Positions 59,302-64,000 of a DNA stretch of 64,000 nucleotides are shown here, one piece after another (the first letter of the stretch is position 1; the number at the start of each line of letters is the position of its first letter). This DNA is from Gemmatimonas sp. (lineage in GTDB: Bacteria > Krumholzibacteriota > Krumholzibacteriia > LZORAL124-64-63). The stretch lies in the NCBI GenBank assembly GCA_013824755.1, contig PNOJ01000001.1, positions 14,474 through 78,473 of the forward strand, read 5' to 3'. The translations under genes and the position numbers were made by a program. The notes below the pieces were generated by a model that did not search any database, was not told the DNA's origin, and worked only from the letters and a program-made list of their open reading frames with translations.

Positions 59302-61709
59302 AGCGCATCCACCGGACCGCGAGCGCGCTCGCGCCCTTGATCTTCGTCTTGGCGCTGCTCGCCGCCGGCGCCGTCGCGCCCCGGGCGGTCGCCCAGGCGG
59401 TCCGCCTCGAAACCGTCCTGAGCGCCCAGGACTGCGTGGCCCTGCTGGCGGCCGACGGCCGGCTGTTCGGCGGCCTCGCCGAGGGGGGCGTGCTGGTGAT
59501 GGACGCCGACGGCGGCATCGTCGGGCGCTGGGGGGCGGTCGACGGGCTCGCCGGCGACCGCGTCGTCGACCTGGCCTGGAGCGGCACCCACCTGTGGGTG
59601 GCCTGCCAGGGCGCGGGCCTGACCCGCGTCGATCCCGAGCCGCTCGGCCCCGTGTTCCGGCAGGTGACCAACCTCGGCTCGGACCTCGAGATCACGGCCG
59701 TGGCCGCCGGCACCGAGCGCGTCTACTACGGTCTGCTGGACGGCGGCGTGGGCGTGATCAGCGGCGGCCTGCCCGGCGGCGTGATGACCACCGCGAACAC
59801 GCCCGGCCTGGTGAGCGACATCATCCTGGACCTGCTGCTGGACGGCGGGGACCTGTGGATCGCGACCGCCGCCGGCGTGTCGCTGCAGCGCAACAACGCG
59901 GTGAGCGACGCGAGCACCGGCATCGGTCCGCAGGCCGTGTTCGCGCTGCGGCTCGTCCCGGGGCTGGGGCTCCTGGCGGGCGCGGGCGACGGCGTCTGGT
60001 CGTGGGACGGGAGCGCGGGCGCGTGGTCCCGCCTGGGCGACCTCGCGCTGCCGGTGAGCGACCTCGCGAACGTCGGCGCCGAGCCCTGGGCCCTGGTCGT
60101 GGCGGACGGCGTCGCCGACCGCCTGCGTCGCTGGGACGGCGCGGCCTGGCAACCCGTCGACGCGCCTGCAACCGACGTGCACGCGCTCGAAGGCACCGAC
60201 CGGCTCTGGTGCGCCGGCCTGCGGCGTCCCGAGCCGGCGAACCTGAAGGCGGCCCGCGCCTTCGTCGCCGCCCGCGACGGCGACGGCTGGACCCTGAACC
60301 AGACGGACGAGCTGCTGTTCACCTCCGTGGACGGCGTCGCCTTCGACGCCGCGGGCGTGCCCTGGTTCGGCTCGCGGCAGGGGGGCGGCATCGCGCGGCG
60401 CGACGGCGGCGTCTGGACGCAGGTCGCGAACCTCGCCGCGACGGCCGCGGATTCGGTCGGGCTCTACAATTTCGACGGCGGCATGCTCGCGCTCACGGCC
60501 CGCGCCGACGGCGAGATCTGGTTCACGCAGTTCCAGACCGGCGTGATCCGCTACCGCCCCGGAATCCCCGACATGGACCACCTGACGCCCGACACGTCGC
60601 CGCTGTCGACGCGCCGCATCGTGCGGATCGTGCACCACCCCGACGGCCCCGTGCTGCTGCTGAGCGACCGCGACGGCGTCGACGTGCTGGTCGATCCCGA
60701 TCACTGGCGGGACCCGGCGTCCTGGATCCGCCTGCCGACCGACAACACCGGCCTGGGCGGCGGCGTCGTCTTCGACGCCGTGGTCGACGGCCGCGACCGC
60801 GTCTGGTTCGCGGTGACCGGCGTGGGCCTGGTGCTCTGGGACCTCAACGGCATCGGCGGCGCCGACGACGCGCTGACCTGGCACGACGCGGGCGACGACG
60901 TCTGGACGCCCCCGGCGACGTTGACGGCGGGCGTCTTCGACCTCACCAGCGCGCGCGCGGTGGACGTCGGCGCGGACGGGACGATCTGGGTCGGCGGCGG
61001 CAGCGGCCTGGCGCAGCTCTCCTACCGGTCGTACGACGACAACACGCTGGACATGACCCTGGTGCGCTCGCTGCGGGCGAAGGTCGACAGCGCGACGCCC
61101 GGCCTGCTCCAGGGCACGCTCCTGGACGTGGAGGTCGACGGCAACGGCGACGTGTGGGTCGGCCACGACGCCGGGTTCGAGCGTGTGCGGATCCGCGACG
61201 ACGAGGTGCTGGTCGATCCCTTCACCAACGCCGCCGAGTATGCGAGCTACGGGCTGTCCGCCTACTACACGGCGGACATCGTGGCCGGCACCCCGCAGGG
61301 CCCGGTGCGCGAGCTGACGACCGACGCCACGGGACTGCGGTTGCTGGCCGGCGCCGCGGGCGGCGCCGTGCTGGTGACCATCGCCCGCGACCGCGTCGAG
61401 GGGGAGGGGCCGCTCGCACCGCTCTTCCTCTACCCCAACCCGCTGCTGGTGGGCGAGCACGACGGCCTGCGCCTCGGCGGCATCGACGCCGAGACCGTCG
61501 CGACCTCCCTCGAGATCACCGGCGGCGCCCTGGTGGAGATCTTCACCGTCGACGGCCAGCTGGTGTACCGCGATCGCCACGTCGCGAACGACGCGGTGTT
61601 CTGGAACGGGATCAACCTCACGGGCGAGGTCGTGGCTTCCGGGACGTACCTCGCGCGCGTGGAGCTGTCGGGACAGGTGCGCGTGCTGCCGCTGGCCCTG
61701 GTCCGCTGA
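59298..61709 (+). CDS. Secreted beta-propeller repeat protein with T9SS/FlgD-Ig-type C-terminal sorting domain
   Basis: Signal peptide. Many Reg_prop-like repeats (DLWIATAAGVSL, GTIWVGGGSGLAQL, GDVWVGHDAGFERV). C-terminus LYPNPLL...FTVDGQLVYRD...WNGINLTGEVVASGTYLARVEL matches the Por-secretion CTD pattern. Confidence 0.65.
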   Translation: MKRIHRTASALAPLIFVLALLAAGAVAPRAVAQAVRLETVLSAQDCVALLAADGRLFGGLAEGGVLVMDADGGIVGRWGAVDGLAGDRVVDLAWSGTHLWVACQGAGLTRVDPEPLGPVFRQVTNLGSDLEITAVAAGTERVYYGLLDGGVGVISGGLPGGVMTTANTPGLVSDIILDLLLDGGDLWIATAAGVSLQRNNAVSDASTGIGPQAVFALRLVPGLGLLAGAGDGVWSWDGSAGAWSRLGDLALPVSDLANVGAEPWALVVADGVADRLRRWDGAAWQPVDAPATDVHALEGTDRLWCAGLRRPEPANLKAARAFVAARDGDGWTLNQTDELLFTSVDGVAFDAAGVPWFGSRQGGGIARRDGGVWTQVANLAATAADSVGLYNFDGGMLALTARADGEIWFTQFQTGVIRYRPGIPDMDHLTPDTSPLSTRRIVRIVHHPDGPVLLLSDRDGVDVLVDPDHWRDPASWIRLPTDNTGLGGGVVFDAVVDGRDRVWFAVTGVGLVLWDLNGIGGADDALTWHDAGDDVWTPPATLTAGVFDLTSARAVDVGADGTIWVGGGSGLAQLSYRSYDDNTLDMTLVRSLRAKVDSATPGLLQGTLLDVEVDGNGDVWVGHDAGFERVRIRDDEVLVDPFTNAAEYASYGLSAYYTADIVAGTPQGPVRELTTDATGLRLLAGAAGGAVLVTIARDRVEGEGPLAPLFLYPNPLLVGEHDGLRLGGIDAETVATSLEITGGALVEIFTVDGQLVYRDRHVANDAVFWNGINLTGEVVASGTYLARVELSGQVRVLPLALVR

Positions 61710-61717
61710 GGGGCGGC

Positions 61718-62743
61718 ATGACGCATCGCGCTGCCAACCTCGAACTCGTCCGCGGCGCGCGTCCGGGACCGCACTGGCGACGCCTGCACGCGCGCTGCGG
61801 CGGCGGTTTCGCCGGCGCCGACGTCTGGACCGCGACGCTCTGCGCCAACCTGCCGCGCCGCTCGGGCGCCTGGGCGACCGCGACGTCGGCGGGGGAGACC
61901 GTCGGCGGGCTCGCCTGGCTCGAGACCGTGCGCGGCCCCTTCCGCACGCTGGAAGCGCACCACGCCGGCCTGCCCTGCGACCTGCTGCTGGATCCGGCTC
62001 TCGAACCCGCGCACCGTCGCGCCGCCGCCGCCGCCCTGCTGGGCGCCTGGACCGCGGCCGCGCGCTCGCCCCTGACCCTGGTCGCGACGCTCCACGCCGA
62101 GGGCCCCACCGACGACGAGGTGGCGGCGCCGCTGTCCGCGAGCGGGTTCCGCCGCACGGCGGTGCCCGTGGCCTACTTCCCGCTGGCGCAGGGCCTCGAC
62201 CACGTGGAGGCGCACCTGCTGAAGAAGAACCGGCGCAACGAACGCAACCGCTCGCTGCGGCGCGGCTGCACGACGCAGGTCACGTCCGACCCCGCGGTGA
62301 TCGACGAGTTCCTGCCGATCTACGCCGCGGCGATCCGGCGTTGGGGCTCGCCGCCCATCCCGTCCGGCTTGCTGCGGGGACTGCTCGCCGACGGCGACGG
62401 CGGCGCCTACTGCACCACGGTCCGTCGCGACGGCGCCCTGCTGGGCGCCCATCTCTGCCTGCAGGCCGGCGGCACGGTGACCGCCTGGGTCGGGGCCACG
62501 GTCGACAGTACCCGCGACGGCACCGACGACGTCTTCCCGGCGACCATGCTGGTCTGGGCGGATCTCGTGGAGGCCTGCCGGCGCGGCGCGTCGCGCCTGG
62601 ACCTCGGCGGCCACGGCGGCCAGCGGGGGGTGGCGCAGTTCAAGGAACTGCTCGGCGCCCTCACGCTGGAACGCGCGATGTGGCGGCGGACGTCGCGCCT
62701 CGGTGCGGCGGCGCTGGCGGCGCGACGGGGAGGGGGCCGTTGA
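61718..62743 (+). CDS. FemAB/GNAT-fold (CelD/BioF2-like) acyl/aminoacyl-transferase family protein
   Basis: About 340 aa. High-GC3 frame. ATG at 61718. Confidence 0.45.
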   Translation: MTHRAANLELVRGARPGPHWRRLHARCGGGFAGADVWTATLCANLPRRSGAWATATSAGETVGGLAWLETVRGPFRTLEAHHAGLPCDLLLDPALEPAHRRAAAAALLGAWTAAARSPLTLVATLHAEGPTDDEVAAPLSASGFRRTAVPVAYFPLAQGLDHVEAHLLKKNRRNERNRSLRRGCTTQVTSDPAVIDEFLPIYAAAIRRWGSPPIPSGLLRGLLADGDGGAYCTTVRRDGALLGAHLCLQAGGTVTAWVGATVDSTRDGTDDVFPATMLVWADLVEACRRGASRLDLGGHGGQRGVAQFKELLGALTLERAMWRRTSRLGAAALAARRGGGR

Positions 62744-64000
62744 AGCTCCTGCGCGAGGGTGCGGCGGTGCTGGGTCTGCGGCTCGGCCAGGCCGCGGCCG
62801 GGGCGGGCGCCGGGTTGGTGGTCGCACGCGCGCTCGGCCCCGACGGGCAGGGCCGTTACGCGCTGGGGATCACGCTGCTGTTGTTCGCGGCCGCGGCCGT
62901 CAACGGCGGCGTGGGCCTGGCCGCCGTCCCGGCGATCCGGGGCCGGCCGGCCTCGGCGCGGTCCCTGATGCGGACCCAGGCGCTCTGGACGGGCGCCGCG
63001 TCGTTGGCGGCCGCCGCGCTGGGGGCGCTGGCCTGGCGGACGGAGGCGGGCGCGTCGCTCGCCGCCCGCCTCGGCTGGAGCGGCGCGACCGCCGCGGCGA
63101 TGGTCGGCGCGCTCGCCGCCCTGGTGCTGTGCGACATCCTCGCCTACGACCTGCTGGCCTTGGGCCGCCTGCGGACGGGCACCGCCGTGAACCTCGGCAG
63201 GGGGCTGCTGCAACTGGCCCTGCTGGGGGCGGCGCTCGCCTCCGGCGCCTTCGGCCTCACGGCAGCCCTGGTCATCTTCTGCGTCAGCCAGGTGGCCGGC
63301 GTCGTGGTGTTCGCGGTCCTGGCCGTGCGCCACGCACGCCACGCGGGCTGCGCGACCGAGGCGGCGCCGGTCCGTCACGCCGTCGGTTGGGCGGGGCTCG
63401 TGCGGGCCGGTTGGCAGGGCCAGTTGTCCGCGGTCGTGTCGCTGCTCCACATGCGCCTGGCCCTGGCCCTGGTCGCGGCCTGGCACGGCGCGACGGCGGT
63501 GGGGATCTACTCGGTGGCGGTGATGATCGGCGAGGTGCTCTGGCTGCTGCCGAGCGCGCTGCAACCCCTGCTGGTCTGGTCCGCCGCGGCGCCGGACCGG
63601 GCGACGGGCGACGACACCTCGGCGCGCGCCGTGCGGGTCGCGCTCGCGGCCACGACGATCGCCGCCTGCCTGACGGCGGTCGCCGCGCCGCTGCTGCTCG
63701 CCCCGCTCTTCGGGGCGCAGTACCGCGCGGCGGTGCCGGTCCTGTGGGCGCTGCTGCCCGGCATCGTGGCCTGCGCGCCGGGCGCCGTGCTGGCGGGCGA
63801 CTTCATCGGCCGCGGCCGTTCCGCCTGGAACACCCAGGCCAGTCTCGTCACCCTGGCGGTCAACGCCGGAGCGGGCCTGGCGCTGATCCCGGATCACGGT
63901 CTGCAGGGCGCCGCGCTGGCCACCTCCCTGGCCTACACCGTGGGCAGCGCGGTCATGCTGGCCCGCTTCCGCCGGGTCGCCTCGCTGCCCTGGCGACGGC
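62740..64000 (+). CDS. Wzx-type MOP-superfamily polysaccharide flippase (3' end beyond window)
   Basis: Twelve or more TM helices, polysaccharide biosynthesis protein pattern. TTGA overlap. No stop before the window end. Confidence 0.6.
   Translation, partial: MKLLREGAAVLGLRLGQAAAGAGAGLVVARALGPDGQGRYALGITLLLFAAAAVNGGVGLAAVPAIRGRPASARSLMRTQALWTGAASLAAAALGALAWRTEAGASLAARLGWSGATAAAMVGALAALVLCDILAYDLLALGRLRTGTAVNLGRGLLQLALLGAALASGAFGLTAALVIFCVSQVAGVVVFAVLAVRHARHAGCATEAAPVRHAVGWAGLVRAGWQGQLSAVVSLLHMRLALALVAAWHGATAVGIYSVAVMIGEVLWLLPSALQPLLVWSAAAPDRATGDDTSARAVRVALAATTIAACLTAVAAPLLLAPLFGAQYRAAVPVLWALLPGIVACAPGAVLAGDFIGRGRSAWNTQASLVTLAVNAGAGLALIPDHGLQGAALATSLAYTVGSAVMLARFRRVASLPWRR

Overview
This is a roughly 70% GC bacterial chromosomal segment that is gene-dense and almost entirely housekeeping. 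Genes are tightly coupled by GTGA/ATGA/TTGA start-stop overlaps, and GTG or TTG starts are frequent.

Content in order:
- A TPR lipoprotein, mnmA, and a frameshifted AsmA-family gene.
- A tRNA-Ser/Ser/Arg cluster.
- A minus-strand NikR-regulated Ni/Co uptake operon (nikR, cbiO, cbiQ, cbiM, plus an outer-membrane beta-barrel and two periplasmic accessory proteins). It is bracketed by two tRNA-Arg(ACG) genes.
- tadA and a tRNA-Ser/Ser/Ala cluster.
- SRP RNA (ffs), which the ORF track hides inside a false dnaX N-terminal extension, followed by dnaX, ybaB and recR.
- An MglB/MglA-like Roadblock plus Ras-like GTPase pair.
- pgpA, cinA, thpR, recA, recX.
- rmlD, gmhA and a UbiA-family prenyltransferase.
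- ispE, spoVG, tRNA-Gln, prs, rplY, pth, rpsF, rpsR, rplI.
- A SurA-like PPIase lipoprotein and an LpoA-like protein.
- A large nested palindromic element.
- A TonB-like protein and a double Amidase_3 lipoprotein on the minus strand.
- selA, a SPOR-domain protein, smc and ftsY.
- An FMN riboswitch controlling ribD, riboflavin synthase, ribBA, lumazine synthase and nusB.

The last ~18 kb is a glycan biosynthesis/glycosylation locus:
- It holds a SAM-methyltransferase, a GT4 enzyme, a UPF0104 flippase-like protein, a DUF2723 PMT/TMEM260-like GT-C, an NAD-epimerase, a CsbB/GtrB-like GT2, a second GT2, a YfhO GT-C, a Ppm1-like GT2, a GT2-membrane fusion, a beta-propeller protein with a T9SS/FlgD-type C-terminal domain, a FemAB/GNAT-like protein and Wzx.
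- That combination (two polyprenyl-phosphate-sugar synthases with two GT-C transferases next to a likely secreted substrate) looks like a previously uncharacterised periplasmic protein or polymer glycosylation system.

At least six conserved genes (asmA-like, ybaB, cinA, the epimerase, and the GT2 fusion) carry apparent single-nucleotide frameshifts, some in homopolymers. Sequence error is more likely than pseudogenisation.

No CRISPR array, integrase or transposase was seen. Coordinates I counted by hand may be off by 1-2 nt.
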